From contig CP011209.1 in NCBI GenBank assembly GCA_001029635.1, positions 80,983-144,982 on the forward strand: a stretch of DNA of 64,000 nt. Reading direction: 5' to 3'. Below the pieces are notes generated by a model. It was given only the letters and a program-made list of their open reading frames with translations. It was not told the origin of the DNA and made no database searches. The position numbers were made by a program, and so were the translations under genes. Position 1 is the first letter of the stretch, and each line of letters opens with the position of its first letter. Below are positions 50,610 through 60,112 of the stretch, piece by piece. The stretch comes from Candidatus Wolfebacteria bacterium GW2011_GWB1_47_1 (GTDB taxonomy: Bacteria; Patescibacteriota; Minisyncoccia; UBA6257; UBA9933).

Positions 50610-51632
50610 ATGCAAAAGCCAGTCCTCTTCTCCGGCATGCAGCCGACCGGAAAACTCCATATCGGAAACTACTTCGGCGCGTTAAAAAATTGGGTTGAGC
50701 TGCAAAACTCAGGGAGATACCAATGCTACTTCTTCGTCGCCGACCTGCATTCAATCACCGCGTCATTTGATCCGGCTGAAAAATATAGACAATCAGTAGA
50801 AGTGATCGCGGATTACATTGCCGCAGGTATCAGTCCGGAAAAATCCATTGTATTTATACAATCGCAGATTCCGGAACACAGCGAGCTCGCATGGGTACTT
50901 AATTGCATTACTCCATTCGGAGAATTACGTCGCATGACGCAATTCAAGGACAAATCGACGACACAAGCAGAAAACATCAATGTCGGACTATTCGACTATC
51001 CAGTCCTGATGGCAGCAGATGTCCTACTCTATGACACAGAAGTCGTACCGGTCGGAGAAGATCAGCTGCAGCACCTTGAACTTACCCGCACCATCGCGCG
51101 CAAGTTTAATGGACAATTCACAAAGATCATGCAAGAACCGGAGCCGCTATTGACTGAAGTTCCGCGTCTTATGAGCTTGAGCGATCCGCTCAAGAAGATG
51201 TCCAAGTCGATGCCAGAGGGGTGCCTTTTTCTCGACGACGAGCCCGATGTCATTCGCGATAAAGTAAAGCGCGCGGTGACCGACTCGGATGCGAAAGTGC
51301 TCTATAGTCCATCCAAAAAACCGGGCATTGCAAACCTAATGCGTATCTACCGCGGATTTACCAATCTACCAATCAAAGAAATCGAAAAGAAGTACGCAGG
51401 TGCAAACTACGGTGTGTTCAAGAAAGAGCTTGCCGAAGTGATTGTCGAAGGCTTGCGACCATTCCAGGTGCGTAAAAAGCTGCTCATGAAGAAGTCGGGT
51501 GAAATAGATCGGATCATTGAGAAAGGACGAAAAAAAGCTCAGAAAAAAGCGACTGAAAAGATGGACCAGGTAAAGGTAACGCTCGGCATCGCAAAAAAAC
51601 CGATGAAGAAAACAGTCACAAAAAGCGCATAA
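50610..51632 (+). CDS. trpS: Tryptophan--tRNA ligase
   Basis: SGMQPTGKLHIGNY, YPVLMAAD, VGEDQ, KMSKS. Confidence 0.97.
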   Translation: MQKPVLFSGMQPTGKLHIGNYFGALKNWVELQNSGRYQCYFFVADLHSITASFDPAEKYRQSVEVIADYIAAGISPEKSIVFIQSQIPEHSELAWVLNCITPFGELRRMTQFKDKSTTQAENINVGLFDYPVLMAADVLLYDTEVVPVGEDQLQHLELTRTIARKFNGQFTKIMQEPEPLLTEVPRLMSLSDPLKKMSKSMPEGCLFLDDEPDVIRDKVKRAVTDSDAKVLYSPSKKPGIANLMRIYRGFTNLPIKEIEKKYAGANYGVFKKELAEVIVEGLRPFQVRKKLLMKKSGEIDRIIEKGRKKAQKKATEKMDQVKVTLGIAKKPMKKTVTKSA

Positions 51633-51696
51633 TGCGCTTTTTGTTTTTTAGTGAATTGCGCAACTCAACAAAGTCGCGCACTCCTGCCCATTAAAA

Positions 51697-51734
51697 TTGC
51701 TGTCCAAATTGACGGTCGTCAATTTGGACAGCAA
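51697..51734. repeat. Perfect palindrome with 18-bp arms
   Basis: TTGCTGTCCAAATTGACG-GT-CGTCAATTTGGACAGCAA. Confidence 0.85.
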
Positions 51735-52023
51735 CTACCAAGCCTTAATGTAATCAGTTTTTTCACATACATCTCTGCGTCCCCATCCTCTACTCACCAG
51801 GAAGTATCTAGGTACTGGGATTTTTAAGTGATGTATTTTACACGGTATGCGTGTTCGACAGCCCAATTCTTGCTTTTAGCGTAGCAAGGCGAAAATGGCA
51901 ATATTCTATGACAGGTGGATCACACGTGGTTTTCTGATAAGGTGGTACCGAGATTGAATGGCCCACAATACAAAAGCCCCTCGAATAATCGAGGGGCCGT
52001 TTTTTTACCGGGGAAGATTTTTA

Positions 52024-52683
52024 TTATCCTTTCCCGGGGAAGAAGGGGTCGAAGAGAAGCACGGGGCTACCCAACGCCTCCCCGTGCACGTGCAAGATCT
52101 TACCGCTCGTCGCTCCGCGGACGACGATATGGCTACCGATCCCGCCGGAAAACATACCCGTCCCCGCATCGGGAAGCGTGACCACGATCTGCTCAAGCAA
52201 GGACCATCCGATATCGGCAACAATCCGGAAGGTTACCACCTTTCCCTTGGGGATAAGAACCCCGCACGGGATGTACGCATAGGTCGTATCGACCCATCCG
52301 TTTTCCGGTGATGCCTGTCTGGGCATCACCGATGTCGCCGTGGGACTTGCCTGGATGTCATTTTGCGTAAGGCGGATGTTGTGCAAGACATTTTCCTGCA
52401 GTAGTTCCTGATACCGGGAACTGTAGATTTCCGGGATCACGAATTCCAGGATACCATCTTCGACATCGTCGACGGCAACTGCGAATTCATTGACAACGAC
52501 ACTTCGCTGTCCGTAATCCACACACTGTAGATAGCCATCGTTGAAGTTCGTCGAGGAAACGTATACGTTCCCCGAAGGCCCATTGTCGGGAAGCGTCGCG
52601 GTGGATACATATTGCGTATCCCCACATCCGGCAAACAACGCCACCAGAGCTCCCAAAACCACCGCCAAAAACATTCTCTTCAT
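52024..52683 (-). CDS. Putative lipoprotein
   Basis: MKRMFLAVVLGALVALFAG-C lipobox; beta-rich mature part. Confidence 0.75.
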   Translation of the reverse strand: MKRMFLAVVLGALVALFAGCGDTQYVSTATLPDNGPSGNVYVSSTNFNDGYLQCVDYGQRSVVVNEFAVAVDDVEDGILEFVIPEIYSSRYQELLQENVLHNIRLTQNDIQASPTATSVMPRQASPENGWVDTTYAYIPCGVLIPKGKVVTFRIVADIGWSLLEQIVVTLPDAGTGMFSGGIGSHIVVRGATSGKILHVHGEALGSPVLLFDPFFPGKG

Positions 52684-52775
52684 ATATACCCCCTTAGTTT
52701 TTTAACTGCTGAATATATTGTATACTAAAAACATATTTATGTCAATAGGAAAGAAAACCCCGCTTTCGCGGAGGG

Positions 52776-53294
52776 TTATGTAGTATTCTCCTTTTCTTCA
52801 TTCTCCGGGGCATCTTCTGCTTCTTCCGCAGATTCTCCAACAATGGGCCCAAGTTCAAGTTCCGTAATCTTGTCGATCCTTCGCTGGTGATGCTCGGCTC
52901 CGTCATATGCAGTTTCAATGAACGCATCAACGATTGCCTTTGCCGTATCTGCATCAAGAAAATCGGCAGCGAGTGCAAGCACATTCGCATCATCATCGTT
53001 CCGCGCAGCCTTTGCTTGATCTGAGTTAGAGATCAATGCCGAGCGAATATCGATAAACTTGTTCGCCACGATATCGACACCCACTCCCGAACCGCAAATC
53101 ACGATCCCCCGATCCTCGACAGGATTATTCGAAACAGCATCGGCAACCGCAGCGGCGAAATCAGGATAATCATCCCCCTCCTCCTCTACTTCATTACCCA
53201 TATCGACGACATCATACCCTCTATCAAACAAAAACGCCTTAAGCTCTTCCTTTAATGCGAACCCACGATGATCCGCGCCAAGATAAATAATCAT
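52776..53294 (-). CDS. rpiB: Ribose-5-phosphate isomerase B
   Basis: GADHRG, DDYPD, ICGSGVG, ANVL, HQRRI. Confidence 0.93.
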   Translation of the reverse strand: MIIYLGADHRGFALKEELKAFLFDRGYDVVDMGNEVEEEGDDYPDFAAAVADAVSNNPVEDRGIVICGSGVGVDIVANKFIDIRSALISNSDQAKAARNDDDANVLALAADFLDADTAKAIVDAFIETAYDGAEHHQRRIDKITELELGPIVGESAEEAEDAPENEEKENTT

Positions 53295-53381
53295 ATGTAA
53301 ATAAATTTCTAATTTTTAACTTCTAAAAAATACGAATTTTAACATGCGCTCTTAGAAATTCGTAATTAGTAAATTCGCTAT

Positions 53382-54410
53382 TCAAGTAAGCGCTACTGAC
53401 TTCTCTACATGTTTTTCAAGCGTCGAAACATACCCCCACTCGTTATCATACCACGACAAGACCTTTACCAAATCGCCATCGACAACCTTGGTCATCCGCA
53501 AGTCGACAAGTGCTCCCGTTTCTTGTCCAAGCACATCACTTGATACGATCTGTTCATTCGTAACCGTCAAGATGCCCTTCCAGCGCGGAGATTGTGCCGC
53601 TTCCTTCAAAATAGTGTTCACTTCTTCGACAGTAGTCGGCCGAGATGCGACAAAGGTGATGTCGGCAACTGATCCGGACGCGACGGGGGTTCGCAAAGCA
53701 ATGCCATCAAACTTCCCCTCAAGTGCCGTAAATGCGCGCGTTACCGCAATGGCTGCCCCCGTCGTAGAAGGCACGATATTCTGTGCGCCTGCCCGACCGC
53801 GACGAAAATCGCTTCCTTTGACAGGGCTGTCGACCATGGTCTGCGTATTGGTATACGCGTGTGCAGTGGTCATCATAGCTTTAAGAATACCAAGCTTCTC
53901 GGATAGTACCGCAACAACAGGCGATATGCCATTGGTCGTACATGACGCATTTGAAGTTACCGCGCATGAGCTCATGACGTCATCATTAATACCCATTAGT
54001 ACTGTACGGCCAAGCTCGCCGTCCGCATCCTTTGCAGGGGCAGAAATGACAACTCGCTTCGCGCCCGCTTTGATATGTGCCTGGTTCTTCTCGAATGATT
54101 CGTAGACTCCGGTGGATTCGATAACAAGATCAACCCCCAAAGCACCCCACGGGAGCATGGTCGGATCCTTTTCGGATACAAACGCGATCTCCTTGTCATC
54201 GACAACAATGGCATTCTTGCCCTCACTCTTAATGAAGGAGACTTCTTTATCGTATTGGCTATAGACCGTATCATACTTCAAAAGATATGCGAGATTCTCG
54301 ACATCTCCCAGGTCGTTAATGGCTACTATTTCGAAATTCGGATTACCGAACGCTTTACGGAAGAATAATCGTCCAATGCGTCCAAACCCATTGATGGCAA
54401 CTTTTTTCAT
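53382..54410 (-). CDS. gap: Glyceraldehyde-3-phosphate dehydrogenase, type I
   Basis: INGFGRIGR, SNASCTTN, WYDNEWGY. Confidence 0.97.
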   Translation of the reverse strand: MKKVAINGFGRIGRLFFRKAFGNPNFEIVAINDLGDVENLAYLLKYDTVYSQYDKEVSFIKSEGKNAIVVDDKEIAFVSEKDPTMLPWGALGVDLVIESTGVYESFEKNQAHIKAGAKRVVISAPAKDADGELGRTVLMGINDDVMSSCAVTSNASCTTNGISPVVAVLSEKLGILKAMMTTAHAYTNTQTMVDSPVKGSDFRRGRAGAQNIVPSTTGAAIAVTRAFTALEGKFDGIALRTPVASGSVADITFVASRPTTVEEVNTILKEAAQSPRWKGILTVTNEQIVSSDVLGQETGALVDLRMTKVVDGDLVKVLSWYDNEWGYVSTLEKHVEKSVALT

Positions 54411-54517
54411 ATCCTCATTATACCAATTGTTGTCATATTTAATAACCCTTGACGAAAGAGCCCAAGCCCTGTTATACAGTAATCTGCTGTTTATAGATCA
54501 CAGGGCGTGGAGGCTGT

Positions 54518-54874
54518 ATGAAAAAGTTATTAGTAGTAGGAAGGATCATCCCCCAAGAGTTGCTCGAACGCCTCAAGGGTGGCGGCGTACAAGCGAATGT
54601 AATGCGCTTTCCGGAGCAACACGACTTTCAGGAAACGCTCAGGACATTTGAGCCCGATGCGGCAGTGTTCCTATGGCCAAGCGGGCAAGAGGAAACAACG
54701 CTCCAAACGAAGCTTATCGATGACCATATGAAGAACATCCCGACGCTCGTGCTGAGCCCTGCCTTATGGCAGCGATACGCGCAAGCAGAAGAAATGGACA
54801 TCCACATCGGAGCCATCTCAGAACCGCGCGCGATTCTGGAATGGGTGCATCAGGTATGCCCCGGACACACCTAG
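54518..54874 (+). CDS. Hypothetical receiver-like-fold protein
   Basis: KLLVVGR...TFEPDAAVF...IPTLV; paralog of 55000-55347. Confidence 0.7.
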   Translation: MKKLLVVGRIIPQELLERLKGGGVQANVMRFPEQHDFQETLRTFEPDAAVFLWPSGQEETTLQTKLIDDHMKNIPTLVLSPALWQRYAQAEEMDIHIGAISEPRAILEWVHQVCPGHT

Positions 54875-54999
54875 CAACCCATAGATACAAGCCGCCGGCA
54901 CTACGCTGGCGGCTTTTTTGTCTTTATGCGTTTCTTGACACACTGTACCATCACTGCTATAAAAAGAGCAGAACCATATCACACACGATCGGAGGAAGT

Positions 55000-55347
55000 A
55001 TGGGCCACAGAATATTGATCGTAGGACGAGCGATCTCATGCACTATGACCGAACATCTCGAAGCACATGGGATCGAGGTGAAACGCCTACAAGAGATCAA
55101 AAGGGAGCGGTTTGAAGAAGAGCTGGAGACGTTCAAGCCCGACGGGATCATCTTCACGCAAATGCCGTTTACCGCCGACGAGCGCCAAAGGCAACGCATG
55201 ATACTCGAAACGAAAGTGATTCCCATCCTTGTCACCGGATCCTTCACATGGAGCGACTGCGTAATAGCGCGGTCACCTCATGTGTATTTCGCATCGATCG
55301 TAACGCCAGACCAAGCATTGGCCTGGTTCAAGTGCGCGTGCCAATAG
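55000..55347 (+). CDS. Hypothetical receiver-like-fold protein
   Basis: GGAGG SD; RILIVGR...TFKPDGIIF...IPILV. Confidence 0.7.
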   Translation: MGHRILIVGRAISCTMTEHLEAHGIEVKRLQEIKRERFEEELETFKPDGIIFTQMPFTADERQRQRMILETKVIPILVTGSFTWSDCVIARSPHVYFASIVTPDQALAWFKCACQ

Positions 55348-55434
55348 CATCGGCGCTGCACTGCATACACAAAATCCGTGCGCCCTGGGCGCACGGATTT
55401 TTTCATCTACACACCTCTTTGTACGCGCCTCGCA

Positions 55435-56454
55435 TCATGCCTTCGGCGCAGGAATCGGACACTTTGCAATGCCCTTTCCAAGAAACTCCTGAATGTTGCA
55501 AATATCCGTATCAAGAATGCGCTGCAATGCCTCCTGCGTATTGAACGCATTGTGCGGCGTAACGAGCACATTCGGCATATCGATCAGAACATGATTTTCA
55601 AGAACGGTCTTGAGATTATGCTCCTCTGGATGTCCATAGAGCACAAGGGTTTTTTCATCAGCAAGAACACCTTCTTCTTCGAGCACGTCGAGTCCCGCTC
55701 CACCGAGGATGCCATCAGCCAAACCTTTTACCAACGCGTCCGTTTCGACAACCGCCCCCCGAGCAGTATTGATAAGCAACGCGCCCTTCTTGATCTTGGT
55801 AAGGCTATCCATATTGATCAAATGGTGCGTAGAAGGAAGATACGGCACATGGATCGTGATCACGTCGGATCGTCCCAAGAGATCATCGAGCCCAACATAT
55901 TCGAACCCGAGCTCGGTGGCAAGCTCAGCCTTAGGGAACGCATCAAACGCAATGACCTGCATACCAAATCCTTTTGCGATACGGATCACGTGCTGACCGA
56001 TACGGCCGGTCCCCATAACTCCAATGGTCTTGCCCTGCAAATCAAATCCGCGCAAGCCAACATAGGAATACACGCCTGTTTCACGCAAGCGATCGACAGA
56101 ATCGTAGATCTTACGGGAGAGCGCAAGAATGAGCCCAAAGGCAAATTCAGCGACCGTATTATCGCCATATCCCGGAACATACCCGGTGGCAATATTCATG
56201 CTTTGCGCCATAGGCAGATCGACATGATCGAATCCGGTCGAACGAGTCGTGACCAATTTAAGATTTGGCAATGCGGCAAGCACCGCTTGATCAATTTTTG
56301 AACCGACGAATACGGAAACAATGTCAAAATCGCGCTGCTCCGGGAGCGCCTCCGCGGAAAGCTTTTCCTTACTGAAAAACAATTCGTGACCGGCGAGCTG
56401 TTCTTTAATGTGCTCGATTTCCCAGTCTTCGATCTGAAAGAATGCTATTTTCAT
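55435..56454 (-). CDS. D-lactate dehydrogenase-like D-2-hydroxyacid dehydrogenase
   Basis: RSTGFDHVD, GTGRIG, INTARG, LDVLEEE, TPHNAF. Confidence 0.92.
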   Translation of the reverse strand: MKIAFFQIEDWEIEHIKEQLAGHELFFSKEKLSAEALPEQRDFDIVSVFVGSKIDQAVLAALPNLKLVTTRSTGFDHVDLPMAQSMNIATGYVPGYGDNTVAEFAFGLILALSRKIYDSVDRLRETGVYSYVGLRGFDLQGKTIGVMGTGRIGQHVIRIAKGFGMQVIAFDAFPKAELATELGFEYVGLDDLLGRSDVITIHVPYLPSTHHLINMDSLTKIKKGALLINTARGAVVETDALVKGLADGILGGAGLDVLEEEGVLADEKTLVLYGHPEEHNLKTVLENHVLIDMPNVLVTPHNAFNTQEALQRILDTDICNIQEFLGKGIAKCPIPAPKA

Positions 56455-56509
56455 ATAACCCTAGTATATCAAAAGAAATAAGCATCCGCTATCGCATAAT
56501 ACTTCTCCT

Positions 56510-56690
56510 GCGAGCATGTAAAAACGACGATCAAATAGATGAAATGAATTTCCCCAGAAACCGAAGGTCGGGGTCCCGGTCAGCCAGGCGGGCGATCCTT
56601 CGGTTTCGTAAGAAATTCATGAGCCTATTAGTCGTTTTTACTCCGCTCGCGAATTTTTTGGTACTTTTTTAGGAAAAAAGTACAGAAAAA
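56510..56690. other. Long interrupted hairpin element (MITE/REP-like or ncRNA)
   Basis: Four nested inverted-repeat blocks followed by a second hairpin. Confidence 0.6.
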
Positions 56691-56787
56691 TAAGCTCTAA
56701 ACTTCGCGCTCCGCTGGACATAGCCTTTGGCCATGTGCAACCGGAAAATACAAAGGAGCGCAATGCGCTCATTTGTATTTTCCACTA

Positions 56788-57375
56788 TTATTTCTTACTC
56801 GCTTTAAACACCTCATCGATCAATCCATACTCCTTCGCCTCGGTGGCCGAAAGATAGAAGTCCCGATCAGAATCCTTTTCGACTCGATTGAGTGGCTGTC
56901 CGGTCGCCTTGGAAAGGAATTGATTCAACTTCTCCTTCGTTTTCAAAATATGCTTTGCATTGATTTCGATATCAGAAGCCTGGCCCTCGAATCCACCCAT
57001 GACCTGATGCAACATCACTTCGGAATTCGGGAGTGCAAAACGCTTTCCTTTCTTTCCTCCGGCAAGCAATACGGCACCCATCGAAGCAGCGATGCCGACA
57101 CAAATGGTCGACACCTCCGGCTTGATATAGTTCATGGTGTCCAAGATGGCGAGCCCGGCAGTCACCGATCCGCCCGGCGTATTCAGGTACAATTGGATAT
57201 CCTTTTTCGGATCTTCATGCGCCAAGAACAACAGCTGTGCAATGACCGTATTGGCAACGTTATCATCGATCACACCTCCCAAAAAAATAATGCGATCGCG
57301 CAGTAGACGGGAATAAATATCATACGCCCGCTCGCCATAGGTACTCTTTTCAATTACGGTTGGAATTAAATTCAT
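56788..57375 (-). CDS. clpP: ATP-dependent Clp protease proteolytic subunit
   Basis: [26 protein letters not shown]. Confidence 0.97.
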   Translation of the reverse strand: MNLIPTVIEKSTYGERAYDIYSRLLRDRIIFLGGVIDDNVANTVIAQLLFLAHEDPKKDIQLYLNTPGGSVTAGLAILDTMNYIKPEVSTICVGIAASMGAVLLAGGKKGKRFALPNSEVMLHQVMGGFEGQASDIEINAKHILKTKEKLNQFLSKATGQPLNRVEKDSDRDFYLSATEAKEYGLIDEVFKASKK

Positions 57376-57378
57376 GCT

Positions 57379-58061
57379 GCGAGAAAAATGAAATATGAAA
57401 TATGAAAAATGAATGAATGCATTTTTCCCTATTCCTTTTTTCCTTTTTCATGTTGCGTTATTCGTGCTTATACGCCTCTTGAGACTTCTTGATTTCTGTA
57501 ATGGCTGATTCCTTTCCTTCCCATCCCTTGATCTCAACCTCCTTACCCTGTAAGTCCTTGTATACCTTGAAGAAATGCGCAATCTCCTTCAAAAGATGTG
57601 GGTTGTGCAACTCGACATCGCTTAAATCCTTGATCGAATCAAAGCGAGGATTTTTTGCTTGTACACCCAAGATCTTTGCGTCTGGATCCCCCGAATCAAT
57701 CATATGGAACACGCCGATCGGACGCATCTCGACGACACACCCGGTAAATACCGGATCGCTACCGATGATAAGTGCGTCCAAATGATCGCCATCCTCAGAG
57801 CGGGTCTGCGGAATGAATCCGTAGTCAAGCGGATAATGCATCGGGGAATACAATACGCGATCTAATTTAAATACGCCCGTTTCCTCGTCATACTCATACT
57901 TGTTATGGCTCCCTTTCGGAATCTCCACGACAACATTTACAACTTCAGGGGCCTTCTTTCCCACTCCTAATGCTTCAAAATCCATATTGCAAGAAAAATG
58001 GAATATGAAATATGAAAAATGAATAAATGCACTTTTCCCTATTCCTTTTTTCCTTTTTCAT
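57379..58061. repeat. 73-bp direct repeats flanking ppa (57379-57451 and 57989-58061)
   Basis: Four mismatches in 73 bp; internal AAATATG iterations and an imperfect fold-back. Confidence 0.85.
57458..57985 (-). CDS. ppa: Inorganic pyrophosphatase, family I
   Basis: EIPKGSHNKYE, LDRVL, YGFIPQT, DGDHLD. Confidence 0.96.
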   Translation of the reverse strand: MDFEALGVGKKAPEVVNVVVEIPKGSHNKYEYDEETGVFKLDRVLYSPMHYPLDYGFIPQTRSEDGDHLDALIIGSDPVFTGCVVEMRPIGVFHMIDSGDPDAKILGVQAKNPRFDSIKDLSDVELHNPHLLKEIAHFFKVYKDLQGKEVEIKGWEGKESAITEIKKSQEAYKHE

Positions 58062-58072
58062 ATTTCGATTTG

Positions 58073-59326
58073 TTATTCGTTTTCAGTTATCGGTTCTGAG
58101 ATGTTACTTGCCGGTTCTTCTCCAAAATCAACGACACCTTCATCTTCTGCCTGCCCGTACACACCACCCGAATGGGCTGCGTCCGGATGCGCCTGAGAAC
58201 GGATATCGATCTTCCATCCGGTCAATCGGGCCGCAAGTCGCGCATTCTGCCCGTCTTTTCCGATAGCAAGACTGAGTTGGTCTTCAGGAACAATAACCTT
58301 CGCTTCGCGACGATCATGCACCTCGACACTGGTAACCTTTGCCGGAGAAAGTGCCGCGGAAATAAACTGTCCCGGATCTTCGTGCCACTGGATAATATCG
58401 ATCTTTTCATTACCCAGTTCATTAGTAACAGTCATAACACGTGTTCCGCGCTGTCCAACACATGCTCCAATCGGATCAATTCCTTCTTCCTTGCTATACA
58501 CGGCGATCTTCGTGCGGCTTCCCGGCTCTCGTGCGATGGATTTAATTTCCACCAGCCCTTCGGCAATCTCAGGAACCTCCAACTCAAACAACTTGCCAAC
58601 AAACTTCGGATGCGATCGGGACAAGATGATCCCCGGTCGTTTGCCCTCTTCATCCTGTACGGCAACAACGTAGAAGCGCATGCGCTCACCTATATTATAT
58701 CGTTCGCCACGAATGACTTCGTTGTAGAACATAACGCCCATAGCGCGCCCAAGGTCGATAAACGTATTTCCACGCTCAACGCGCTGAATAATACCACTCA
58801 CGATTTCTCCTTCTTTGCCCTGATATTCCTTGCGTACGGAATCACGCTCAGCTTCGCGGATCTTCTGTAGCACAACCTGTTTTGCGGTCTGTGCAGCGAT
58901 ACGTCCAAAGTCTTGCTTTTCTTCCAAAGGGAACGAAAGTTCATCCCCCAATTCAGCGTCCTTTTTAATCTGTTTTGCCTCCTCAATCATAATATGACGA
59001 TCGGGATTGTAGCGCGGAAGTAAGTCTTCTTCGTCTTCAAGCTCAATAATTGGCTCTTTTTCTACCGCAACTTCACCTTCGACAAGCTCCTCTTCTTCTA
59101 TGATGCGCACGGTTGATTCATCGACGACAGTTTTTGTCTTCCAGAATGTAAATGTCCCGGCATCCGTATCAATCTTCGCGTGCACGATCTCTCCCTTTTC
59201 GCAATATTCCTTTTTATACGCGGCAGCAAGAGCCGATTCAACGGCTGATAGTATCTGATCTTCCGGGAGGGCTTTTTCCTCAGAAATCTGCTTGATTGCG
59301 TAATTTAATGATTTTAAATCTAACAT
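58073..59326 (-). CDS. nusA: Transcription factor NusA
   Basis: FGRIAAQTAKQV, AREPGSRTKIAV, GACVGQRG, LAIGKDGQNARLAARLTGWKIDI. Confidence 0.97.
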   Translation of the reverse strand: MLDLKSLNYAIKQISEEKALPEDQILSAVESALAAAYKKEYCEKGEIVHAKIDTDAGTFTFWKTKTVVDESTVRIIEEEELVEGEVAVEKEPIIELEDEEDLLPRYNPDRHIMIEEAKQIKKDAELGDELSFPLEEKQDFGRIAAQTAKQVVLQKIREAERDSVRKEYQGKEGEIVSGIIQRVERGNTFIDLGRAMGVMFYNEVIRGERYNIGERMRFYVVAVQDEEGKRPGIILSRSHPKFVGKLFELEVPEIAEGLVEIKSIAREPGSRTKIAVYSKEEGIDPIGACVGQRGTRVMTVTNELGNEKIDIIQWHEDPGQFISAALSPAKVTSVEVHDRREAKVIVPEDQLSLAIGKDGQNARLAARLTGWKIDIRSQAHPDAAHSGGVYGQAEDEGVVDFGEEPASNISEPITENE

Positions 59327-59563
59327 ATGTTGTTTTTATTTAGTTGTTTATTAAATTGTCCAACCACAAACAGTTACACCATCCCGAAATGTTCCAATTC
59401 CGTTGTTGGTCGTGAGTTGTTTATTGTTGGTTAGTATTAGTATACGACGATTGTATAAAATAGAAAATCCGCACAAGTGCGGAATTTCTACTAAGAATAT
59501 AAACAACAATAGGAATGCTGTCAATAGGCAAAGAATTAGCAGATTAAACGCTCTTCTTTATGG

Positions 59564-60097
59564 TTACTTAATAGCCTTTACTCCTTTAGGCTCAGGAATT
59601 ACATATATATCCAAAAATGCAACAGGGCTATCAGTAGAAATATCGGTGCCAACCGTCTCGTAGCGGGCAAGATACGTCAAGGCAGGATCAATAATAGTAA
59701 GATCGTTAGACCGCAGCTCTTCGATCACAGGAGCCTTCCCGGCGACAGTGGTTATCTTCGTAATCTTAGTATTCCCGTCTATGCGCACGGCGTGTACCTC
59801 AGCATCTGAAGCGTGCACCGTTTCATATGCCGGGATATCCTGCGTAGACTGATGTCCTTTAAGATCGAGAATTTTTACCGAACCATCCATTCGAAGAACG
59901 GAGGTGGTGGGTTTTCCGATAAATCCGCGGGTAACGAGATTTGGAGCTTCGGGAGAACCTCCAACGACGATCGGCATACTATCAGACTGATTCGATCGGA
60001 CCAAGAGAAAAACAGCCATTCCTAACGCAACAAGTCCGACGAGACCGGTTGCAATCACTCCACCCGTAACCAATTTGTTTATTTTTGATTGTTCCAT
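59564..60097 (-). CDS. Single-TM hypothetical protein, paralog of 62904-63404
   Basis: Shared GFIGxP, IDxxTKIxK, GKAP, YLxxYETxG. Confidence 0.8.
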   Translation of the reverse strand: MEQSKINKLVTGGVIATGLVGLVALGMAVFLLVRSNQSDSMPIVVGGSPEAPNLVTRGFIGKPTTSVLRMDGSVKILDLKGHQSTQDIPAYETVHASDAEVHAVRIDGNTKITKITTVAGKAPVIEELRSNDLTIIDPALTYLARYETVGTDISTDSPVAFLDIYVIPEPKGVKAIK

Positions 60098-60112
60098 GGT
60101 TAAGTAAGTAGG

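Noticed and set aside
51740-51980. Decayed Y1 transposase next to the 38-bp palindrome
   Set aside because: Only vague fragments (YLG, QYKS) in different frames; not supportable
55378-58870. Plus-strand ORFs of 307, 177 and 232 aa
   Set aside because: Antisense to the dehydrogenase, clpP and nusA genes
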